From IMG/VR virus record IMGVR_UViG_3300032330_001040, positions 1 to 64,000 of that record: a stretch of DNA of 64,000 nt. One strand, given 5' to 3'. The position numbers and the translations under genes were made by a program. Origin of the DNA: a virus. Lineage: Duplodnaviria; Caudoviricetes. Positions 51,322-59,936 of the stretch are shown piece after piece. A model generated the notes under the pieces. The model saw nothing but the letters and a program-made list of their open reading frames with translations. It was not told where the DNA came from and did not search any database. The first letter of the stretch is position 1. Every line of letters begins with the position of its first letter.

Positions 51322-52647
51322 ATGTATTTAACAGAAGAATTATCAAAAGCTTGGTCTCCAGTTCTGGATCATCCAGAATTAGAACCAATTAAAGACCCGT
51401 ACAAGCGTGCAGTTACAACTGTTATTCTTGAAAATCAACGTCAAGCTATGGCTCAAGACCGTCAACAGTTAAATGAAACTTTAACTGATACTGGTCCTAC
51501 AAACTTAGCTGGTGGTGTTCAAAACTTTGACCCAATCTTGATTTCTTTAGTACGCCGTGCTTTGCCTAACTTAATCGCTTATGACGTTGCTGGTGTTCAA
51601 CCAATGACTGGTCCTACAGGTTTAATTTTCGCAATGCGTGCTCGTTACGAAAATCAATCTGGTGCTGAAGCTTTCTACAATGAAGCAAACACAGTATTCT
51701 CAGGTACTAAATCTATCAACAACCCATACGGTTTTCAAGGTTCATTAGCAACTGATACTGCAAACACATTCCAAAACGTAACTTCTGGTGCAACTACTTC
51801 TGGTATTGCATTCCCAACAGCTAACGCTGAGTTGTTAGGTTCTGAGTCTGGTGCTGCTTTCCAACAGATGGCATTCACGATTGACAAAGTTACTGTAACT
51901 GCTCAATCACGTGCTCTCAAGGCTGAGTACTCATTAGAATTAGCACAAGACTTAAAAGCAATTCATGGTCTTGACGCTGAAACAGAATTGTCTAACATTC
52001 TGTCTACAGAAATTTTAGCTGAAATTAATCGTGAAGTTATCCGTACAATCTATACTTGTGCTGTTGCTGGTGCTCAGTATGGTACTACTTCTGCTGGTTA
52101 CTTTGACTTAGACACAGACTCTAACGGTCGTTGGTCAGTTGAGCGTTTCAAAGGTTTGATTTTCCAAATCGAACGTGATGCTAACGTAATTGCAAAACAA
52201 ACTCGTAGAGGTAAAGGTAACGTATTAATCGTTTCTTCTGACGTTGCTTCTGCTATGGCAATGGCTGGTGTATTGTCTTATACTCCTGCTCTCCAAGCTG
52301 ACTTGCAAGTAGATGATACTGGTAATACATTTGCTGGTTTGTTACATGGCCGTATCAAAGTTTATATCGACCCATATTTTGGTGGTTACATTGCTAACCA
52401 AGAACTCGTAACTATCGGTTACAAAGGTTCTTCACCATATGATGCTGGTATTTTCTATTGTCCATACGTTCCTCTCCAAATGGTTCGTGCTGTTGACCAG
52501 TTTACATTCCAACCTAAGATTGGTTTCAAAACTCGTTACGGTATGGTTGCTAACCCATTTGCAAAAGGTTTAACTGCTGGTACAGGTACATTAGATGCTC
52601 GTACTAACGTTTATTACCGTTTGTTTGGCGTTAAGAACTTGATGTAA
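51322..52647 (+). CDS. gp23: Major capsid protein gp23
   Basis: GVQPMTGPTGLIFAMR, SRALKAEYSLELAQDLKAIHGLDAE, FYCPYVPLQM, FQPKIGFKTRYG. Confidence 0.99.
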   Translation: MYLTEELSKAWSPVLDHPELEPIKDPYKRAVTTVILENQRQAMAQDRQQLNETLTDTGPTNLAGGVQNFDPILISLVRRALPNLIAYDVAGVQPMTGPTGLIFAMRARYENQSGAEAFYNEANTVFSGTKSINNPYGFQGSLATDTANTFQNVTSGATTSGIAFPTANAELLGSESGAAFQQMAFTIDKVTVTAQSRALKAEYSLELAQDLKAIHGLDAETELSNILSTEILAEINREVIRTIYTCAVAGAQYGTTSAGYFDLDTDSNGRWSVERFKGLIFQIERDANVIAKQTRRGKGNVLIVSSDVASAMAMAGVLSYTPALQADLQVDDTGNTFAGLLHGRIKVYIDPYFGGYIANQELVTIGYKGSSPYDAGIFYCPYVPLQMVRAVDQFTFQPKIGFKTRYGMVANPFAKGLTAGTGTLDARTNVYYRLFGVKNLM

Positions 52648-52674
52648 TCAAATCACCACAGAGTGATACTTTAG

Positions 52675-52702
52675 AGAGACCTCTTTGGAGGTCTCTTTTT
52701 TT
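52675..52702 (+). terminator. Intrinsic terminator after gp23
   Basis: AGAGACCTC-TTTG-GAGGTCTCT followed by a T run. Confidence 0.9.
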
Positions 52703-52706
52703 ATAA

Positions 52707-52714
52707 GATAAATA
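52707..52714 (+). promoter_or_regulatory. Late promoter GATAAATA for the solute-binding-protein island
   Basis: Directly after the terminator, upstream of a GGAG SD. Confidence 0.7.
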
Positions 52715-52746
52715 GATATATAAACTTTAGCTTACTGGAGAATAAA

Positions 52747-53715
52747 ATGAAAAAAACTTTAAATTGGGTATTAGCTCACGAGCCATATCACGTTTTCATC
52801 AAAGCTGCCAAAAGTTTTGCTGAAGAAGTTTATGCAGAAACCAATGGAGAATACAAAATTAATGTGGTTAGTTTATCTGAGTGGAACAAACTATCACAAA
52901 CAAATTTAACCAATCACACAACAGACCGTGAAAAAATTATCAATTTAATTGATGATGGTGCGATTGATTTGGCTACTGTTTATGCAAGTACACTTGGTAA
53001 ATTTGATAACGATATTAATGCTTTAGCTATGCCTTTTTTATTCAATAATCATGAAGAAGCAAGCAACATCATTGATGGTCAAATTGGACAACATTTACTT
53101 TCTAAAATTGCCAAACGTAAAAATATTCGAGGATTAACATTTACTTATAGTGGTGGTTTTAAAATTATTCCAAGTACAAAAGCAATTGAAACATTAGAAG
53201 ATTTCTATCGTTTAGATTTAAGTTGCACCAATAATGCTGTATCTATTGGTACCATTGAAGCAGTTGGTGCTAATCCTGTACCAGCAATGATTGAAGATAT
53301 TGCTAAGAAATTATCAATTGGTGAAATTGATGGTGGTGAAACAACATATACACGTTACTTTATTTTAGAACAAGATAAGTATACAAAATATATTAACGAT
53401 AACGAACATAGTTTATTTTTAACAAGCTTAGTTATTAATGAACAACTATGGCAATCTTTAAGTTCAGAAGTACAACAGGTATTTTCTCGTGCGGCTATGA
53501 GAGCGGCAAAGATTGAACGTGAAGATAGTTTGGCGGATAATTTAATTGTTGAAGCACAAGCTGCTAAAGCAGGTATTGTTACTGTAAAAATGAACAACAA
53601 AGAAAAATCTAAATTTGTTAATGCTACTAAAGGTTTGTATAGTGCGTTAAACGGTTACTTTAGTCCAGGTTTATTAAACGAAATTATTGAAAATAAAAAA
53701 TATACAAAACATTAA
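52747..53715 (+). CDS. TRAP-type (DctP-like) solute-binding-fold protein lacking a signal peptide
   Basis: FAEEV..ETNGEYKI, GAIDLA, LAMPFLF, GANPVP, GEIDGGE, KYIND..H....LVINEQLWQSLS.EVQ. Confidence 0.8.
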   Translation: MKKTLNWVLAHEPYHVFIKAAKSFAEEVYAETNGEYKINVVSLSEWNKLSQTNLTNHTTDREKIINLIDDGAIDLATVYASTLGKFDNDINALAMPFLFNNHEEASNIIDGQIGQHLLSKIAKRKNIRGLTFTYSGGFKIIPSTKAIETLEDFYRLDLSCTNNAVSIGTIEAVGANPVPAMIEDIAKKLSIGEIDGGETTYTRYFILEQDKYTKYINDNEHSLFLTSLVINEQLWQSLSSEVQQVFSRAAMRAAKIEREDSLADNLIVEAQAAKAGIVTVKMNNKEKSKFVNATKGLYSALNGYFSPGLLNEIIENKKYTKH

Positions 53716-53718
53716 ATA

Positions 53719-54462
53719 ATGAAAAAACCAAATTTGAATATACCACTTAGTGATTATGATAGTTTATGGGATTGGACCAAGTCACGTAGTAATTACCATT
53801 TCGACAACAATCGTGTGGATGCTCCAGGTTCTGTTTACAAAGTATTAGGTAAATTTGAAAATACTTGGTCTCACTTACTTGATGATATCAAACAAAAATC
53901 ATTTTCAAGTACTTGGAGCAATATTACAACCACAGGCGGTGGCAAACAACGACCAGTTAGTTATGAAAAACGTAAAAATGATATTGCTAAAGGTGGTGGT
54001 AATATTGATGAAATACAATTAACAAACATAACAGAAAATCCAACACAATATCCAGAATTTAAAAAAATTGTAGATTATTTTCATCTAGATGGTCCTGTAG
54101 AATCTAGATTTCATGTACAACTTACTGGTCAAATGTTTACATTACATATTGACCCAAATCACCATAGATTTGCCGAACCTGGTTCTAATCCACTTGGACC
54201 TTTTAATTATGATCCTAATGATATAGTACGAATTACTATTATGTTAGAAGATTGGCAACCTGGACAATTTGTAATTTATGGAAATAGTATTTACCAACAA
54301 TGGCAATCTGGAGATTTTCATATATTCGATTGGCCTAATATACCTCATGCCACAGCCAATGCAAGTCAACAATGTCGAATCACATTACAAATAACCGGAT
54401 TAAGAACCGAAAAAACAAATCAGTTGATTGGACCTAATCCTTTTTTATACCCCATTTTTTAA
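53719..54462 (+). CDS. Cupin / 2OG-Fe(II)-type oxygenase (Asp/Asn beta-hydroxylase-like fold)
   Basis: LHID...RITIMLEDWQPGQ...WQSGD..FDW.NIPHATAN...RITLQITG (HxD...H...R). Confidence 0.65.
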   Translation: MKKPNLNIPLSDYDSLWDWTKSRSNYHFDNNRVDAPGSVYKVLGKFENTWSHLLDDIKQKSFSSTWSNITTTGGGKQRPVSYEKRKNDIAKGGGNIDEIQLTNITENPTQYPEFKKIVDYFHLDGPVESRFHVQLTGQMFTLHIDPNHHRFAEPGSNPLGPFNYDPNDIVRITIMLEDWQPGQFVIYGNSIYQQWQSGDFHIFDWPNIPHATANASQQCRITLQITGLRTEKTNQLIGPNPFLYPIF

Positions 54463-54484
54463 TTTTTAACTTTGAAAGACTTTT

Positions 54485-55393
54485 ATGAAACGATTGATAT
54501 TTATTATATTAACACTATTATCATTTAATTTATTTGCAAATCCAATTAGAGTTCCAATTGTTTGGCCTTTTGCTCCGGCAGCAACTGAAGGAGTTTTTAT
54601 TAGAGCAATAGTAGAAGAAGCAAATAAATTACAAAACAAATATATTTTTAATTTTGAAAGTAAACCTGGAGCCGGTGGTACAATTGCAACTCGATATGTA
54701 CAAGATTATCAAGGCATTGCTATTTTAAGTAGTTCAAGTAGTTTCTTTGCAAGACCAGTTTTTTATCCAAATGAAAGTTATCAAACATCAAATTTTACAC
54801 CAGTTATGATTGAGTGTACAGGACAACCTTATGTAATAGTTAGTTCAAAATATAAAACAATTGAAGAATTAAATAAAGAAAAAGAATTAACTGTTGGTGT
54901 AATTTTAGGTGCCATGTCAGAAGTTTTAGCAAGACAACTACAAACAAAATTACCTAATACAAAATTAATTTTTGTTGGATTTAATGGAACAGTACAAGGT
55001 ACACAAGAAGTGATAGCTGGCCGATTAGATTTAAATGTTAGTGTTCCTGAAGATTCAAATAAATGGTTATCTTCTGGAAAAATTAATGTTATTGGAATTA
55101 GTGGTACAAAAAACATAATGGAAATGAAAACATTTCATAGTCAAGGAATTAGTGGATTTGAAGATTTGGTTGGTAATTATATGATGGTTACTCGTACTAA
55201 TGTTCCGGATAATATCATAGAAGAAATGAATCTTATTTTAACTGAAGCATCAAAAAAATCTTCATCATTAAAGTCATTATATGAAAGTGCTGGGTGTACA
55301 TTTTCAAATAGTACACTAGAACAATCTAATCAAAGTTTTGCAAAATGGAAAAAATATTGGCCAGAAAAATTACAATCGTTGAAAAATAATTAA
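54485..55393 (+). CDS. Tripartite tricarboxylate transporter substrate-binding protein (TctC/Bug family) with signal peptide
   Basis: MKRLIFIILTLLSFNLFA signal; IVWPFAP; ESKPGAGGTIA; VIAGRLD; SGKINVIGISG. Confidence 0.85.
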   Translation: MKRLIFIILTLLSFNLFANPIRVPIVWPFAPAATEGVFIRAIVEEANKLQNKYIFNFESKPGAGGTIATRYVQDYQGIAILSSSSSFFARPVFYPNESYQTSNFTPVMIECTGQPYVIVSSKYKTIEELNKEKELTVGVILGAMSEVLARQLQTKLPNTKLIFVGFNGTVQGTQEVIAGRLDLNVSVPEDSNKWLSSGKINVIGISGTKNIMEMKTFHSQGISGFEDLVGNYMMVTRTNVPDNIIEEMNLILTEASKKSSSLKSLYESAGCTFSNSTLEQSNQSFAKWKKYWPEKLQSLKNN

Positions 55394-55406
55394 GTATTTT
55401 TTATGG

Positions 55407-55414
55407 ACTAAATA
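55407..55414 (+). promoter_or_regulatory. Late promoter variant ACTAAATA (gp3)
   Basis: 5 nt before the ATG, no SD. Confidence 0.6.
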
Positions 55415-55419
55415 CCTGT

Positions 55420-55947
55420 ATGACTGTACTTACAAGAGCCCCTCAAAATATTAATTATTTACAACCGTCAAAGTTTCTTTTAAGCTTTGACAGGATGCCT
55501 ACTGTTCAATATTTTTGCCAAGAAGTAAATTTACCTGGTGTTTCAATGGGACAAGCTCCTATTAATACTCCAATGTTGGACATATATGCACCTGGCAATA
55601 AATTAACCTACAATAATCTTACTGTATCGTTTACAATAGATGAAGGTTTAATTGGTTGGCAAGAAATTTATAATTGGTTTAAAGCGATGGGTTCTCCAGC
55701 AGGATTTGAAGAAAGAAATCGTTTATCAGAAATACAAAGTAAAAGAACAACCAGTTCTAAAAGTTATTCTAATGCCACTTTAACAATTCTTTCAGCATTA
55801 AATAATCCATTAAAAAGAATTACCTATTATAATGCTTTCCCTTTAACATTATCTGACATTCAATTTGATACCAAATCTGACGCAAATCAGATTCTTACCG
55901 CTAGCGCATCTTTTAATTACGATTACTTTGAATTTGCATCAGCTTAA
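55420..55947 (+). CDS. gp3: Tail tube terminator/completion protein gp3
   Basis: NYLQPSKF...QYFCQEVNLPG, FTIDE...EIYNW, ATLTIL..NNP, FPLTLS..FD. Confidence 0.9.
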   Translation: MTVLTRAPQNINYLQPSKFLLSFDRMPTVQYFCQEVNLPGVSMGQAPINTPMLDIYAPGNKLTYNNLTVSFTIDEGLIGWQEIYNWFKAMGSPAGFEERNRLSEIQSKRTTSSKSYSNATLTILSALNNPLKRITYYNAFPLTLSDIQFDTKSDANQILTASASFNYDYFEFASA

Positions 55948-55961
55948 TATAATAATATATT

Positions 55962-56984
55962 ATGTATAAATTGTCAGACATAAAATCATTGCATCTAGAA
56001 ACTACTTCCAAATGTCAAGCTAAATGTCCACAATGTGCTCGTAACTGGCATGGAGGTAAACTTAGGCCGCATATTGAATTGGATGAAATCACTTTAGAAC
56101 AATTTAAAGAATGGTTTTCTTCAGATTTTATTAAACAACTTACCAATATTTCTATGTGTGGTAGGTTAGGGGATCCTATAATTGCTAAAGATACTTTAGA
56201 AATATTTAAATATTTAAGAGAAACAAACAACAATTTAATATTAAATATGTCTACCAATGGTAGTGCAAGAAACTCACAATGGTGGACAGATTTAGCTAAA
56301 CTTGGTGTTAATGTTTATTTTGCCCTTGATGGATTAAGTGATACACATTCCATTTACAGAATTGGAACCAACTGGGAAAAAGTTATTGAAAACGCCAAAA
56401 CTTTTATTAAATCTGGTGGTCAAGCACATTGGGAAATGCTTGTTTTTAAACACAATGAACATCAAGTAGATGATTGTGAAAAATTAAGCCGGCAATTGGG
56501 ATTTGTTAGATTTGAATCAAAACATACCAATCGATTTGATTCAACTGGTATGTTAAAGGTTTTAAATGATGAAGGAACTCCAATCAATATTATATACCCA
56601 ACAAAAAAAAGTGAAGGTATGATTGGTAAAATTATAAAACAAAAAGAACAACAAGAACAATTACCAACTATTAATTGTATGGTTAAAAAAACCAATCAAA
56701 TTTATATAAGTGCCACAGGAACAGTTAACCCTTGTTGTTGGACAAACATAGAACATGATTGCCATACTGATTTATCAAGAGTTGATTATATGGACCTTAT
56801 AGGTGTTTGGCCAAATTTAAAAAAACAAAAATTATCTGAAATATTTGATAGTGGGTATTTTGATAAAATAGAAGAAACATGGACCACTTCACCATTAAAA
56901 GTTTGTAAAAAGAATTGTGGAAAATTTAATGTATATTATGAACAATACAGAAATGACTATCTTACGCTTGACACGATAACATAG
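55962..56984 (+). CDS. Radical SAM protein with SPASM/twitch-like C-terminus
   Basis: CQAKCPQC (CxxxCxxC), GDP, STNGS, C-terminal C...PCC...CKKNC. Confidence 0.9.
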   Translation: MYKLSDIKSLHLETTSKCQAKCPQCARNWHGGKLRPHIELDEITLEQFKEWFSSDFIKQLTNISMCGRLGDPIIAKDTLEIFKYLRETNNNLILNMSTNGSARNSQWWTDLAKLGVNVYFALDGLSDTHSIYRIGTNWEKVIENAKTFIKSGGQAHWEMLVFKHNEHQVDDCEKLSRQLGFVRFESKHTNRFDSTGMLKVLNDEGTPINIIYPTKKSEGMIGKIIKQKEQQEQLPTINCMVKKTNQIYISATGTVNPCCWTNIEHDCHTDLSRVDYMDLIGVWPNLKKQKLSEIFDSGYFDKIEETWTTSPLKVCKKNCGKFNVYYEQYRNDYLTLDTIT

Positions 56985-56997
56985 GTCGTGTTATAAT
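56968..56997 (+). promoter_or_regulatory. Sigma70 promoter for uvsY (TTGACA-18-TATAAT, extended TG)
   Basis: Perfect hexamers; ACACGA..TCGTGT inverted repeat across the spacer. Confidence 0.85.
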
Positions 56998-57028
56998 GTA
57001 GATTTAGTGTTATTACTTTGAATATATT

Positions 57029-57463
57029 ATGGAAACTTTAGAACAAATACTTGAATTGTGGAAATCGGATGCAGACATGGACCAGACAGAACCTGGTAAA
57101 GAACTGTTAAAGATTCCTAAACTTCACAACAAATACCTCACTATATTAGTTAGACATAAAATGGCCAGTAAAAAGGCACATTTTAATTATCTACGCATGC
57201 GTAAAGTTAAGATTGACTATTATGGAGGTCGCCTAAGTAAAGAAGAACTATTGATGCACGGATGGGAACCATTTCAATTTGTTCTTAAATCGGATGTAAA
57301 TGCTTATTTGGAAGCAGATGAAGATTTAATCCATTTGTTAGAAAAAAAAGTATATCATGAAGAAGTAGTGTCTGTGATTGAATCTATTATGAATGAATTA
57401 AAACAAAGAACATGGCAGTTGCGTGATTTTATATCTTGGGAAAAATTTATAGGTGGACAATAA
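57029..57463 (+). CDS. uvsY: Recombination mediator UvsY
   Basis: IPKLHNKYL, YYGG, YLEADED, RTWQLRDFISW.KF. Confidence 0.92.
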   Translation: METLEQILELWKSDADMDQTEPGKELLKIPKLHNKYLTILVRHKMASKKAHFNYLRMRKVKIDYYGGRLSKEELLMHGWEPFQFVLKSDVNAYLEADEDLIHLLEKKVYHEEVVSVIESIMNELKQRTWQLRDFISWEKFIGGQ

Positions 57464-58937
57464 TTTAGTTATTTCTAAAGTCAATGAGGTATACTTAAAA
57501 GTTGAATGTGAAAAACATATAGCTAAAGAGTTATCGGAGTTTTTTACATTTTTTGTTCCTGGTTATACTTTTGTTCCTGCTTATAGGAATAAAATTTGGG
57601 ATGGAAAGATAAGACTTTTTGATTTAAGAAGTAATCAAATATATATTGGTTTATTACCATACTTAGAAGAATTTTGCCAAGAAAGAGATTATACTTGGCA
57701 CCACGATTTTGTACAAGACGAATACTCAGTTTACCATGCGAACAAATTTATATCACAAATTAATCCACATTCTCGTGGACAACGAATTGAAGTCAGGGAA
57801 CACCAACTCTCTGCCTATATTCACGCAATGCAAAACCGAAGAGCTTTACTCCTGTCTCCAACCGCTTCGGGAAAATCGCTCATCATCTACCTTATTTTCA
57901 GACAACTCTTAGAATATCAAAAGTTAAAAGGTCTTATTATTGTTCCAACCACTTCTTTGGTGGAACAATTATATACAGACTTTGAAGATTATGCTAACGA
58001 TTCAATGCAATCTTTAGTACATAGAATATATCAAGGAAAAGAAAAAGAGTCAAGCCTTCCTTTAACAATTTCTACATGGCAATCATTATATAAGATGCCT
58101 AAAGAATATTTTCATCAATTTGATTATATAATAGGTGACGAAGCCCATCTATTCAAAGCACAATCATTAACAACAATACTCACTTCTTGTATTAATGCCA
58201 AATACCGTATAGGACTTACTGGAACGTTGGATGGAACGAAAACACACAAGTTAGTACTAGAAGGTCTATTTGGCAAAGTAAATAAAGTTATTAGTACAAA
58301 AGAATTGATTGATAAAAAACAAGTTTCAGATTTTGAAATTAAATGTTTAGTATTAAAACATGCAGATGAAAAATGTTTAGAGTTAAAAGATAAAACTTAC
58401 CAAGAAGAAATTCAATATCTAATTTCAAATGAAGCCAGAAATAAATTCATTAAAAATCTTGCAGTTAGCCTAGGTAAAAATACTTTGGTGTTATATCAAA
58501 TGGTTGACAAACATGGTCAAATCCTGTATGATATCATAAGAAACACAGAAAAGATAGGCAGCAGAAAGGTATTTTTTGTTCATGGTGGAACTGATACTAC
58601 AGACCGTGAAGAAATTAGAAAAATTATGGAAATAGAAAATGATGCAATCGTGGTGGCTTCTTATGGTACTTTTAGTACTGGAATCAATATTCGTAATTTG
58701 CATAATATCATATTTGCAATGCCAACTAAATCTACAATTAGAACATTACAGAGTATTGGTAGAGGCCTTAGGCAAAATGAAGGCAAAGAAATAGCAACTC
58801 TATATGATATTTCTGACGACCTTAGATATAAAAAACATATGAATTATACTTTAAAACATTTCGTGGAAAGAACTAAGATATATAATGATGAACAGTTCCC
58901 ATATAAAATCTACAAAATAGGACTAAAAAATGTTTAG
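57453..58937 (+). CDS. uvsW: DNA helicase UvsW (GTG start)
   Basis: WDGKIRLF, SPTASGKS, GDEAH, GLTGT, QSIGRGLR. Confidence 0.96.
   Translation: MDNNLVISKVNEVYLKVECEKHIAKELSEFFTFFVPGYTFVPAYRNKIWDGKIRLFDLRSNQIYIGLLPYLEEFCQERDYTWHHDFVQDEYSVYHANKFISQINPHSRGQRIEVREHQLSAYIHAMQNRRALLLSPTASGKSLIIYLIFRQLLEYQKLKGLIIVPTTSLVEQLYTDFEDYANDSMQSLVHRIYQGKEKESSLPLTISTWQSLYKMPKEYFHQFDYIIGDEAHLFKAQSLTTILTSCINAKYRIGLTGTLDGTKTHKLVLEGLFGKVNKVISTKELIDKKQVSDFEIKCLVLKHADEKCLELKDKTYQEEIQYLISNEARNKFIKNLAVSLGKNTLVLYQMVDKHGQILYDIIRNTEKIGSRKVFFVHGGTDTTDREEIRKIMEIENDAIVVASYGTFSTGINIRNLHNIIFAMPTKSTIRTLQSIGRGLRQNEGKEIATLYDISDDLRYKKHMNYTLKHFVERTKIYNDEQFPYKIYKIGLKNV
58504..58532 (+). promoter_or_regulatory. Candidate internal sigma70 promoter in uvsW (TTGACA-17-TATGAT)
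   Basis: Near-consensus hexamers with ideal spacing, pointing at gp55. Confidence 0.55.
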
Positions 58938-59310
58938 CACACAAATAATAAAATTACAAAATGGGGAAGAATTGATAGCTAATGTGGATTTGAGTATTAC
59001 TGGCACATCTTATGTTTTAGAAGAACCAATGAAATTTTGGATTGATTATCGTAATAACAACTCTTTAGTTATTCAACATTATTTACCGGTACAATTAATT
59101 AAAGAAAATAAAATTTCTATTAACGTTAAAAATATATTAACAATAATGAGTCCTACGGAAGACTTTGTTGAATATTACTATCATACTATTGAAAAAATTA
59201 AAAGACTGATGAAAGCTAAAGCAGATATTGCCGAGATGACAGATGAAGAAATAAATTATATAATAAATGAATTTGAAATGGAAAACAATGAAACAGGAAC
59301 ATTACATTAA
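58930..59310 (+). CDS. Conserved hypothetical (Sm-like fold) between uvsW and gp55
   Basis: IIKLQNGEELIA N-terminus; conserved position. Confidence 0.7.
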   Translation: MFSTQIIKLQNGEELIANVDLSITGTSYVLEEPMKFWIDYRNNNSLVIQHYLPVQLIKENKISINVKNILTIMSPTEDFVEYYYHTIEKIKRLMKAKADIAEMTDEEINYIINEFEMENNETGTLH

Positions 59311-59384
59311 TATTAATCTCAAAACAGGACATACTCGACTTTACTCTCTTGTCAAGCGTTTGTCAATAACTTTAGGTGGTAAAC

Positions 59385-59921
59385 ATGGCTTCTAAACCAA
59401 AACAATATGTAAACAATGCAGATTTCTTAGCTGCTCTTATTGATTATAAAGAAAAATGTAAGATAGCTAAAGCAGATAAGAAACCACCACCAGCAATACC
59501 TAATTACATAGGTGAATGTTTTATGAAAATAGCAGAAGGTCTATCACATAAACCTAATTTCATTAACTATACCTATCGTGATGAAATGATATCGGATGGT
59601 ATTGAAAATTGTTTAATGTATTTTGATAATTTTAATCCAGACAAATCTAAAAATCCATTTGCCTATTTTACACAGATAATTTACTTTGCCTTTCTTAGAA
59701 GAATTAGTAAAGAAAAGAAACAACAATATGTTAAGTATAAAGCCACAGAACAAATGGGTATACTTGATGAATTTGAAATGTTAGAATTTGAAGATGGTAC
59801 CACAAAACAGTTTGAACTATATGATAATATTTCAGAGTTTATTGAAAATTATGAAATAGCAAATAAAAAGAAAAAAGAAACAAAAAAACCAAAAGGGCTT
59901 GAAAATTTCTTAGGAGAGTGA
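59385..59921 (+). CDS. gp55: Late-transcription sigma factor gp55
   Basis: YVNNADFL, YIGECFMKIA..LS.KPNF..YTYRDEMISDGIENC, NPFAYFTQI. Confidence 0.96.
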   Translation: MASKPKQYVNNADFLAALIDYKEKCKIAKADKKPPPAIPNYIGECFMKIAEGLSHKPNFINYTYRDEMISDGIENCLMYFDNFNPDKSKNPFAYFTQIIYFAFLRRISKEKKQQYVKYKATEQMGILDEFEMLEFEDGTTKQFELYDNISEFIENYEIANKKKKETKKPKGLENFLGE

Positions 59922-59927
59922 TATACT
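59899..59927 (+). promoter_or_regulatory. Sigma70 promoter for gp47 (TTGAAA-17-TATACT, extended TG)
   Basis: Overlaps the gp55 3' end; TGnTATACT. Confidence 0.7.
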
Positions 59928-59936
59928 TATTTAATT

